From Chlorokybus atmophyticus (Eukaryota > Plantae > Mesostigma and Chlorokybus algae), in assembly GCA_009103225.1 (NCBI GenBank), contig RHPI01002656.1:124001-188000 (forward strand): a DNA stretch of 64,000 bases, in the 5' to 3' direction. The position numbers were made by a program, and so were the translations under genes. Shown here piece after piece: positions 25,701-36,300 of the stretch; the stretch's first letter is position 1; every line of letters begins with the position of its first letter. The notes beneath the pieces are model-generated. The model was not told the origin of the DNA. It worked only from the letters and a program-made list of their open reading frames with translations, and did not search any database.

Positions 25701-28700
25701 GGAAGCAAAATGGGATTGGCCAGAGGCTCCTATTGAGGATGTGCAGCGCATGCATTGCCAAGTCGATGGATTTCTGGCTTCTATGCGCAATGTACAAGGT
25801 GAGTGTTGGATGGAAGGAGGAACAATGATGTTGTAGGCGGTACTCAGAGTTGAGGGCTGCCAGTTTCGTTGACGTTGTTTGAGGGTGCTCTGCTGCAACT
25901 TATGCTTCTGTGCAGGGGATCGGCGCTTTCTCATGTGGAACGGCTCTGTGGTGGACTCTGTAGTTGGTGCCTTTCTGACGCAAAATGTCTCAGATCACTT
26001 GTCCAGGTACAGCTGCAGTGCTTGAAAACATTGCGAGGTAAACTGATGTTGATTATTTCAAGCTTACCGCAAGCTTCATTGCGTGCAATGGCAGTTCTGC
26101 CTATATGAACTTGGCAGCCAAGTACCCACTGAGAGGGGCGCCAGAGTGCACCATTGCACATAGGAATGACGACTTGCGGCACAAACATCAAGCGGAAGAC
26201 CTTCTACGATCGCGAATAATCAGTCATGCTGACGGATGCGATTGGGAAGCTGTAGCTTCAGCACCATGTGATGAGCTTGCTGCATGCATAAAAGGCCGTG
26301 GGATGCAGGGTATTCTAGCTGGCAGGATACAAGCTTTTCTCAACCGAGCTCGCAGTGCTGCAGGCGTAATTTCCTTGGAGTGGATGCGGAGTGCCGGTAA
26401 GGCGTTCTGTGCAAACAGTAATGTGCACTACAGCACCTGGCTTATGTTGTTCGGTAGCACATAGTCTGTTACCCCGTTTCACTTGCAACGCCCTGCATAG
26501 CCTATGGTAAAGGCATGTCGGAGTCTGCCAGCATTGGAATACTAATCATAATGCTCCCCTCCTGTTGGTGCTCTGTTAACGCACTGTTCTATGCAGACAC
26601 TGTGGACTGCAGGGCGTGGCTTGAACGCGTTGAGGGGTGAGTGCTGGTATCCGTGCATCCTGCTTTGTCACTGTTGCAGGTCATTCCTTGTGTTGACTTT
26701 GCTGCTGTGCAGGCTTGGGTCCAAGTCCATAGGCTGTGTACTACTGCTTGCACTGCATCGCACGGACTTCCCCGTCGACACCAACATAAACCGCATAGCG
26801 TGCCGATTGGGCTGGGTGCCCGTGCAGTCGCTGGAAAGCTTCGAAGAATTGTCCAGGTTCCCAGAAAGTGATGCCGTTCATCGGTATCTTTGGCAGCGCC
26901 TCTCAAAGCTTGAACAGCAGCGCCTCTATGAACTGCACTACCAAATGATAACGTTGGGCAAAGTCTTCTGCAGCAAGCAGAGACCCAATTGCCAAGCATG
27001 TCCATTAAGCAGCAATTGTGCTTATGCTAATGCCGTTGCTCGCAAGGAGGCCTGCGCAGCATTTGACCTTGACGACAGCACTGACGTGTCGAACACAGTG
27101 CAATCAGCTCATGCAATGGCGCATACTGCATTCAGTTGGGACGCCAGCGTCATAGACCTAGAGGAGTTAGCTTCAGACCGCTTGGCGCATGCCAGCTCTT
27201 CCACTGAAGCACAGCTATTGTCACTACTTCCTGATCTCAGCTCGCCTACAAGTAAGATTGACCTAGTCATGGGCTGTTGTGGTTTTGGGCAATATCATTA
27301 TGATTGTGCCTGAACACATGTTGTTCGTGCTTTAACAGGTGCTTCAACGCACAATACTGTGGGCCTTGCAATGCCCATACGGGCCATTGGCCGCTTTCGC
27401 TCTCAAGTGGAGGCTAGACAGCTGCCCGAAGACATGCAAGTTCGGCTACGCCTGCCACCACCTGATGCGGACAACTCAACACCTTACATGGTGGTCCTTT
27501 GGCCTCCTGGTGAGCTGTTGGTCATTGCTTGCCCGAGCTTGTCCCTTGCTAGATGCCTGGTACAGCTTGAACCGTTGCGTCCATCTGGACACGAAGTGCT
27601 TAGTGCTTGTTTACTCGCTGGCGCTGATGGTTACTAGCTTGTTGCTGCCACAAACTTGCGAGCACTTGCCTTTGTTTACAAAGTGTTTTCAGTGGCTGAT
27701 AAGGGATCGTGGATGGGCAGGTACTGATTTTGACACGGAAGAGATGGCTGGTCTTGCAGCTCCAGCAGCTCCTGCCAGTGAAGCCGTAGAGGGCGTTGAT
27801 TGCGAATCAGACACCAACATCAACCCGAGCAGGTGTGTCTATTGCCTCGCACACCTCTGCTGACACGCACAATTTTAGATGGTGCGCTCTGCATTTTCCG
27901 CTGGCTATGACACCTGTTGACATGTCATTGTGTTGCCGAACAGCGAGGCTGTGGCTGCTGAAAGGTTAGCTGCGCATGCTGCAGCGGCAGCAGCAGCTGA
28001 AGCTTTTCAGATAACAGGACACCATGTGCTTGCAACCATACTGGTGAGCACCATCACTGTTGTTGAGCATGTGGTTGTTGCACCGCTGTTACGTATCAAC
28101 CTGTACGCATCTGGCAGGTCCCTGTCAGAACTGCGCTGCGTGGGCGATTCCCTTTGAATGGCACATACTTTCAAATCAACGAGGTACGCATGGTTACAAC
28201 CGTGACAGCTGCTGCGATGGTATCAATGCCTGATGGTGCCATTGTTCCAGGTTTTTGCTGAGCGGCTGTCATGCGTTTGTCCTGTGCCTCTGCCATGGGA
28301 CGCCAGACTCCAAAATGCACCGCTTCATACTGTTCATTTCGGCTCCTCTGTCCCGTCAATCTTCAAGGGTTGGTGTAGCTCACTGGTACTTCTTGCCAAG
28401 TGGTGTAAGCCCAGACTGTTCTCAACTGTATTTTTGTGTGCAGGAATGTTTCTGGATCAGGTCACCTCGGCATTCTCCAAAGGTGTGGTACATTTGCATG
28501 CTGTACTCGTGTAACTGTGCAGGCACAGTCGCTGACTTGACTGCATGTGCCGGCAGAATTTGTGTGCACGCGAGCCTATGACAAGGCCACAGGCGCGCCG
28601 CGCCCGCTGCCTCGCCAGCTGCACTGCTCCCCCGCGGCGATCAGCGCGGCGCGTAACCTCGCCAAAGCACACAAAAGGAAGCTCGGTTTGCAGCTGGACC

Positions 28701-29453
28701 TGAACCTGAGCCCCGAGCAGAATGCCAGCATGAAACAGCAGGAGCAGCAACAAGTCCGGGCCCAGCCAACAGCCAGGCCCAAACTGGCTCCGTCAACCAC
28801 TCCGACCGAGTCGGAGCGCCCAGCAAAACAACCGGCCAAGCGTCTGACCCGGATCAAGCCGCTTGTCATCGCGGAAGGACAAGCAGTGGATCTGCCTGAG
28901 CGCGTTGAAGTCATCTGCGGCGATAGGCCAGGGTTCTACCTGCCACCTGTGAACATGTACGCCTGAGAACAGCGTGTCCCGATAACAACAACAACAGTAC
29001 TGGCCAAGCTTGGCCAGTACTGTTGTTGCTGTTGTGACACACTGCTGACACTACAACACCACTGCAGGTTTGAGTGCGCCTGCTCGGAATGCGTGCTGAC
29101 AGGTTCAACGCGGTGGTCTCCCTGCCAGTTTGAGGCGCACGGCGGTTTGCGCCGCAACAAGAAATGGCGAGCCTCTGTCCGCCTAAAGGAGACCAACCGT
29201 CCAATCGCGTACTGGGTAAGCCTCATGCTGCATGTTGCACACTTCACGCTAGAGCTTTGATATCGCGTGCAGTCAAAAGTGACCAAGCTCTCTCGTGCAG
29301 TTGGAAATGATCGGTGCAATGTGTCCCAAAAGAAAAAGTGCAGGCAAATGCGACGAGCAAGCTGGTCATGCAATGCAAATGGTGCATGCAGTCGAGGCCC
29401 CGTTGCAGCAGCTGACGGAGGCTCGCCCTCTCGACATCATCCAAGCGGCATGA
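22781..29453 (+). CDS. DME: DEMETER/ROS1-like 5-methylcytosine DNA glycosylase (HhH-GPD, 4Fe-4S, RRM_DME) with C-terminal SAND domain; 5' start uncertain
   Basis: Domain A GDRRFLMWNGSVVDSVVGAFLTQNVSDHLSSSAYMNLAAKYP; DWEAVASA...IKGRGMQGILAGRIQAFL; HhH GLGSKSIGC (catalytic K); FPVDTNI (catalytic D); LYELHYQMITLGKVFCSKQRPNCQACPLSSNC (C-x6-C-x2-C-x5-C); VPVRTALRGRFPLNGTYFQINEVF...VHFGSSVPSIFKG...FVCTRAYDKATGAPRPL; then SAND; stop TGA 29451-29453. Confidence 0.93.
28989..29028. repeat. Perfect 40-bp palindrome in DME intron
   Basis: CAACAACAGTACTGGCCAAG|CTTGGCCAGTACTGTTGTTG is its own reverse complement. Confidence 0.95.
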
Positions 29454-31095
29454 TGGTGTCCACTCTCACACAGCACACGTTGCAACATGTATAATAAGCA
29501 AAGCACCTGTGCTGCCACTGCACAGGTCAGTAAGTCTGTGCAAGATATGGGTGCAACAGAGAGTGGTCACCGTCGTTGACAAAGCGCATGTGCACTTATA
29601 TCTGTTTCTGGTTGTCATGGTGTGCAGGGCTTTGCTGCTTCTATTAGTGGCCAGCAGTCTCACTTCATCGCTGTACAACATAACAAGCAATATCGCACAA
29701 AGACCCCATCGGGTAGGTTGCTTGCGCCAGCACATAGCTGTTTATCAATACAATAGAAACACCAGTTGCCACCTGCTATAGGTGAATAGCATGAGTTAGC
29801 ATTCCTTGTCTAGTTCTTGTACATTCACATACCGTCCGTTGCAGAGAAGTTGCAGTTGCTACCCTAACCATCAGGCCAGTTGGCGTTTCATGTTTGCCTC
29901 AGTCATGCATGACCATTGTTGCGACGCTCAGCAGCAGATAGTGCGCTGGACAATTCGCCAGCTGATGACGTGATGATGCACGCATGACCATGATGGCACT
30001 GTTCAGCAGTGGACTCTACTACTGCTGTTTGTTCTTATTGAAGTGCAGTGGCTGCTGTCGTAGGGCTCCACCGTGGCTTGGCATGCTGTCTGTGTCACCT
30101 CCGCCGAGTGGCTTGAGCTCATGGTTGACAGATTAAACCGCGTTGCTATTGGCATTGCCGTGACACTTGTTGCATCGACTTAGTTTCAAGCACTACTGGC
30201 AGCATATCCTGTACATTGTTGTAGTCCTCAATCGGACATCAACTTTGATTTTCTGCAACTGAGGTATGTTGTCGAACAAGACTGGACAGGAAATGGTACT
30301 ACCTACGACTGGTGGCAACTTGTACATGTTCAGCAATGTACATCTACATACTGGCGCAAGTAGTCTATCTACTGGGGTCTCCGTGCATTATTGGTTGTTG
30401 TGTCATACGGTGATAGATCGGGACTGGCCAGCAGTAGTAAAGACATGCACAACAAGGCAAACATAAACAGCTCCTTGTAAGCGCGCATGTTGAGTGTTAC
30501 CAACCGCAACAATCGCATCTTGCACAACCCCCACTCGCATGTGCTTTGTTCATGACAATGTTGCAATGTTTGTGCCCTCTGAGTGAGTCGCCACCATCAC
30601 GCTGCTTGGTTGATGTTGAACGGGGGCGAGTCTTGGTCAGGTCAACACTGCCAATTGCAGAAGAGAGAGGACTGTGCCTCGGAGTGAGAACAAACTGTTC
30701 TTACTCATTCCGAGTGCACACCATTCAGAAAGTGGGCGAGCCTCTGGTGGGTGTGATATATACGCACCGCGCGCTAGCTTCCACGTTGTTGACGACGCGT
30801 TGGCATCCGCTGCGAGGAGTGTCTCTCGACCCGACGACACCGACAGCACTGGCGGACGTCGCTGCTTTGACTTTGGATGAAGCGCTTGTGTAGGTAGTTG
30901 TGTAGCTAGCCGCCGTAGCGCTGTTAGCTTGAGTATGACCCGGTGGACCCTGTTGCCCAGGTGATGTATTGATTGATTCCAAAGTGAGTTACAGACCTAC
31001 TATGTTTGCGAACAATACAAGTAAGTGTTAGAGGTGTCCAATCTTTCAACGCAATGCAAACGCAGCAAGACTCACTGATGAGTTGGATAGGCCTC

Positions 31096-31232
31096 ATGCT
31101 GCATGAGGCGTACCCAACACACGCGATTGGGCGGGTTTGTGCGTCCGTGTTGGGCGGACAGAAGAAGAAGCTTGCCACTCCTTGTTGCGGCGCAAACCGC
31201 CGTGCGGTGTAAAACTGGCAGGGAGTCCATTG
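31096..31232 (-). pseudogene. Degenerate inverted copy of the DME SAND exon plus its splice donor
   Basis: Reverse complement reads TGGACTCCCTGCCAGTTTTACACCGCACGGCGGTTTGCGCCGCAACAAG...CCAATCGCG...TGGGTACGCCTCATGCAGCATG. The original at ~29110-29231 reads TGGTCTCCCTGCCAGTTTGAGGCGCACGGCGGTTTGCGCCGCAACAAG...CCAATCGCG...TGGGTAAGCCTCATGCTGCATG. The copy has a +1 frameshift. Confidence 0.85.
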
Positions 31233-31670
31233 TGTGCGTCTCGCAAGAAGATTAGTCTCTCGCTTAACCACCAGTCGGAGGCGTTTCGGACTAAGTGTGC
31301 TGCTGGTGAAGTAGCAGTGGTGGCGGCGGTGGTAAGTGGAGGTTGTTTTATTGGAAGCCTGTGTTAGCTGCTAATCAGTCAAGAGCGCATGCATCATTGT
31401 CAGTCGTCGCTGTATAATGCGTGGGGCTTCGGGCTTCGTCTTGTGCACAATATGACCGGAAAACGCCTCTGTGGCTTGCTGACAAGCACGACAATATACC
31501 ATTAACCGTTGTAGACTCGTTACTATGCAATCCTTGCATTGGCGTTTCGACCAGTTGAGCTGTGCGTGCATGCATGTGTACGCGTTACTGGCTCATTCCT
31601 TGATTGCCTGTGCCTGTGCAGAGAGCAATTGCCTTAGGCAGCAGAAAAGCGGAAATATATATACTACGAC

Positions 31671-32649
31671 ATGACCAGTGCAGCCCGCAAACGGAAACAG
31701 CCGCACAGCGTGGATGACGTTGAAGGCTCCGGCAAGCGAAGAGGGCGCACCGCTGTTGCTGCATCTGAGACAGATGTGCGTGTGCGTGCGTGCACTGCGT
31801 CAGACTTAGGCTGCATTGTAACAATCGTGGTACGTGTTGTTATGCAGGATGTGGATGAAAGGCTGGAGGCGGCCATCCTCGCGATACTGCGCAAGCGTAA
31901 ACCCACGAGCTCCTGCTGACCTTCAGAGGTGAGGTCACCCGTGCAGTTGCATTGTGACTCCTGAGCATATGTTACAAGCTCAGGAGTCGCAATGTGACTC
32001 CTGAGCATGTGGTGTCGCCTGCATGTAAGCTCATGTTTCGTCACACACCCCTCCTACGCTGCACGCGTTCAGTGTGTGCCTGCGTTGCTATTTGTACTTG
32101 CAATCGTGGCTGTGCTATGGTATGGCTGGCATACTTTGTCAATCTAGCAGCATTTGAAGAAGTGTGTGCACGTGCGTGTCAACAGACACACGCATGCGCA
32201 TGTGCGCAGACACATGCAGGCGAGCCGCATCAGCACATTGTACACCTGATGAATTGCTATGTCATGCGTCGCATGAGGTATTGTGGCCCCTAGGACACGT
32301 ATTACGACTGCTGCCCTTGCACTGATCCTACCACCGTATTGGTTGGGCAGCTAGAAGTTAGTCATTGAGCCTCCTTGTGCGGAATACACATGTTGCACGT
32401 GTCCCGCAGGCGGCCAGGGCGGTGGATCCCGCGGGCTGGCGCGACTTGATGGACGCCACGCGCGAGGCGGCGCGGCGCTTGGCCAGGAGAGGTCTCATCG
32501 CCATCACGCAGCGCGGGGAGACTCGAGACCCGGACGCGCCGTTCAAGGGACCCATTCGGCTGCGCATCAAAGTGTCTGCAGCTGCCAGTGACGATGTGGG
32601 TGCAACAAGTGTGGGTGAGGGTGCAGATGTTTACGAAGCAGGCACCTGA
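31671..32649 (+). CDS. DUF3253-family protein with in-frame UGA (31917-31919), predicted selenoprotein; exons 31671-31775, 31848-31928, 32410-32649 (141 aa, C58-U59)
   Basis: Spliced translation ...LEAAILAILRKRKPTSSC*PSE/AARAVDPAGWRDLMDATREAARRLARRGLIAITQRGETRDPDAPFKGPIRLRIK. It aligns end to end with the recalled DUF3253 consensus (I..LL..R....TICPSEVARAL...WR.LM..VR.AARRLA..G.I.ITQKG..VDP....GPIRLR). The GAG|GTGAG donor and CGCAG acceptor are both phase 0. Confidence 0.9.
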
Positions 32650-32694
32650 TGCGTGCACGTTGACTGTTTAGTAGAGTTGTAGTAGCGGTGCGTA

Positions 32695-32765
32695 GGCAGA
32701 CGTGTGACGGTCCTGACCTCAAACAGAGGCAAACTCTGCGGTCTCGGGACTCGAGTGGTCCTGCC
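32695..32765 (+). promoter_or_regulatory. Candidate form II SECIS element in 3' UTR of the DUF3253 gene
   Basis: Helix I GGCAGAC/GT(C)CTGCC. Core GUGAC (32704-32708) opposite CGAG (32752-32755). Helix II GGTCCTGACC/GG(TC)TCGGGACT (10 bp with a 2-nt bulge). Unpaired AAA at 32721-32723 sits 12 nt after the quartet. Helix III CAGAG/CTCTG closes a GCAAA loop. Confidence 0.8.
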
Positions 32766-33399
32766 ATGCCCCTGCCACACAGCAATTTTGGGCAAGTCTT
32801 GCCATATGGTAGGTGGGATGAGGCAACTACTAGCAACATTAAAAGTACTATGTGTTGCAATGATACCGTGCAGCAGGTAACAGCTATAGTATGACACCCA
32901 GATAATTACAACAGAATGACAGTAGAATTACACGTTTGCAAGTTTGCAAAGCATGGGTTGCCCCCAAGATGCCTGCCATTGGCTACACTGTGTTGCGCGT
33001 CTACAACAGGTCCTTGAATTGCCCGCTGGTAGTGCACCACCATCATTGTTTGGTCTGAATCTGCAAAGCATTGCATATAACTAGTTGATGAATCTCCATG
33101 ACTCCAGGGATGTTGGTATTGTGTCATTGTCACTGTGCTAGCGCCAATCATTTTATGCTCCTCATTCCCATAACTATACTGACGTGATAGGCTCGTTGCC
33201 ATTGTGTTGGCAAGTATTAATCTTTACTTTGTTGTTGTCTGCCAGGTTGGCTGGGCGAACATGAATCTGGTAACATATGCAATCAAACTGTTACAAAGAG
33301 GGGAGGAACTGCATTGCATGAACTCCTGCAGAAACCAAACATACAGCCACGGCGTTCGCGAGCAACCTTCCATAGACAACCAGAGCTTGTCACAGGCAC

Positions 33400-36300
33400 C
33401 TAAAAATCAGCGCGTTCTGCATAATACACGCCAGGCTGAGGCTCGCTCGCGAGTGGCGGGTTGGGATTGTACGCGTGGGCGTAGGCACCCGTCTGCGGGT
33501 TGTAGACGTAGTTACCCAAGGCGGCGCCAGGTTGGGACCCGGGGTACCCTGCCGGCGGCGGGAGAGGCGGCTGTCCTTGCGGCTGCGGGGGCTGCAGCGG
33601 TTGGGAGGCCGGCAGCGGCGCGGAGTACATTGAGTACGGGTTGGAAGCGGGCAGGGGCGCCGGCGGTTGTTGTTGTGGTTGTTGTGCCATGTGTGCAGAG
33701 TAGCCTGTTGCTGCTTGCTGAAGAGGCGGCGCGTAGTTCATGGCGGGTCCTTGTGTGTTTTGCGCGTAGCTCTGGTACGGCGAAGGCTGAGAGTATGTGG
33801 CGGGCTGCTGCTGCTGCTGGTAGCTTTGAATATAGCTGTTCTGAGAGGGCTGCTGCTGCGAGTAGTAGTTGGATGAGGGTTGCGAGTAGCTGGCAGGCTG
33901 TTGCGAGAAGCTTGGGGGCTGCTGAGAGTAACTGGGAAGCGGTGGAATGTTGGCCTGATGTTGTATGGGTTGTTGTTGTGGTAGTGGTGGTGGTGAGTAC
34001 CCGCCCACACCACTGAATGGTTGATACACGTTGGATGGAGGTGGTGCTTGGTATGGTCTGTGATGAAGTATGAAGTATGTTTGTTAGACAGTGATGGATA
34101 GCTGTTGTATTGACAGCAAGATACATAAATTTTGCAGAGTGCTTACGGGTTCATTTGCTGTCGATAGCCATAGCTAGCAGAAGGGGGAGGACCCATGCTT
34201 GTTTCAGATGGCATCTGGTACTTTGCTGGACTTGCATAGTAATCCTTGCGCACCTAGGCACAGACAAGGCAACGTCAACAGAGGGCTCAAGATATTAGCA
34301 CATATGGTCACATGATATAACATAATGCTACCAGGATGTCACAGGTTATGAATGCCATGGTAGTTGCTGGCTCCCTCTTCAATGTTCATTCAGACCACAT
34401 GCTGCTACTGCGTACCCTGTTGATGCAGCCGACAAAGTATGCAGTTTTGTTACGCACTCCGCTGAAGTCCGACAGCTGGAACTGCAGCAGTAAAAACTTG
34501 TCAACATGTGTCCAATGAAGGTGACAACAACAAAACAAACAAAGGTAAAGCATGCCAATCCCCTTGTACCTGGTCAAAAACAGCCAGTACTGCTGCTTCT
34601 GGCAAGTTCTGCAGCGATTCTACAGCACGCAAGTCAATCTGTACGCCGATAAACATGGGTCAGAGTTGCATAAACCAGTGAGCGTTATTTATAGAGGAGT
34701 AGCACCACTTACATCACTGCGCGTTGCGAGGCCACTATCGAGAATGTCTTGCAACCGCCTCACGCATGAGGGGGACAACGCAAACATGGCCCTTTCGTAT
34801 GGAGTGTTGTCCTGTATGCAATGTCAATAGTGTAAGAAAACTCATGCAAAACTTGAACATAAACACTGAGTGTGCTGTACAAAAAGCTGCTGGCAATCAT
34901 GCACAGTGCAGCATGGCCGACACTTACATTCATAGCAAACTGAGGTCGTTTTGCAGGGGGTGGTCCACCATACGTTGAATCGCCGAATGGACCAGGTGGG
35001 GGTGGCCCGCCATATGGGCCAGGGGGACCGTCATATGGGCCAGGAGGAGCACCATAGGAACCCGGACCTGGAGCACCATACGGAGACGGTGCACCGAGAT
35101 GTGGCCGTCCACCAGCTGCTTGCTGCTCAGCGCGCAAACGCTTCTTGGTTTGCTCTGCTGGTCTTGCCAATGACACCTGCAAAAGCAAAGCTCACTGATT
35201 GTGAGACTACCTGCTGCAACAAGACCAATGCCTTCTGACATGACATGCTGAACAGTGCTTGCAACCTGACTTGAACAGAACCTGCAGGATTGCCTTTATG
35301 CCATCACCAAAGTCGACTTCCTTCCCATGGTACGCGTCTATGGCATCCAACGCATGCTGCAGAGCATGGCAGGTGAGCTAGTGCACACTCGAAGGCAAAA
35401 TAGGCGACAATACCTGGCGCTCAGTGAAATGCACAAAGCCTATAGGAGCCAACTGCTTCTTGACAACAGTTGCCTTCTCAACCTGCAAAGAGATATTAAG
35501 TATCGGCAATATTATGGTACTCGCTGAGTTACAGTGTGCAAAAAGGTGGCTCTCACCTCCCCAAACCGCGAAAACACAATGCGGAGCTGCTCATCATCCA
35601 CATCATTGGGCACATTGCCGACATAAATGGCCTTGACCTGTGCAAACATGATGCAAGTTGAGTGCTCGAATACGATGCAGCACCACCCATGATGTCATAG
35701 TTTGAAACTTTGGCAACTACGGTGTTGGCAGTGCAGACTGCTGAAAACTGTATGTTAGCGCTCACACCTTTGCCATTTCATGCTCGTCAGTGGAGCGCTG
35801 ACTCTCTGCCCAGTCAACAACTGGACGCCATACACCTCCCAACTTGAATGTTGGGTTCTGTGCCATCTTCTGCGCACGAACAGCTGCCTGCAACAAATAC
35901 CGTCGCATGAGCTCAGTCAACAATCCTGTGCACACATGGTACATCGACGCTCGGCTGAAAGTCCCTCACCGCATGATCATGAAACCTTATGAACGCAAAA
36001 CCTCTGTTGTGAAACCTTGGGTTCCTGGCCTGTTCTCCAGGAGGCAGCGTTGCCAACTCCACGGTATCCACCTTGTCAAAGGACTGCCAGCAAAACCAAG
36101 TCACCATGATGTTCATGAAGTGGGCACCATGTAAAATCAACTTGTGTAAACTATCACTGAAACAAACCGTATGTTTCTCACCTCCCTTGCGAGTTTCTCA
36201 ATGTCATGTTGAGTCCACTCTGCAAGGACACAACCGCATCGTATAAGCCCATTGCTGACAAAAGTACTAGATAAATGCACATCACACAATGGGAGACAAG

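Noticed and set aside
30060-30893. Possible extra gene (GSTVAWHAVCVTSAEWLEL; PQSDINFDFLQLR; ORF 30546-30893)
   Set aside because: No consistent exon chain or recognisable family could be built; the faint WHIM-like resemblance is too weak.
31917-31919. DUF3253 gene as a simple pseudogene or truncated 82-aa ORF
   Set aside because: The stop sits at the conserved Cys column, the downstream domain and splice phases are intact, and a SECIS-like element follows. Not fully excluded without reads.
33204-34126. Overlapping ORFs of 200-270 aa on both strands
   Set aside because: Shadow frames of the low-complexity hnRNP Q-like last exon.
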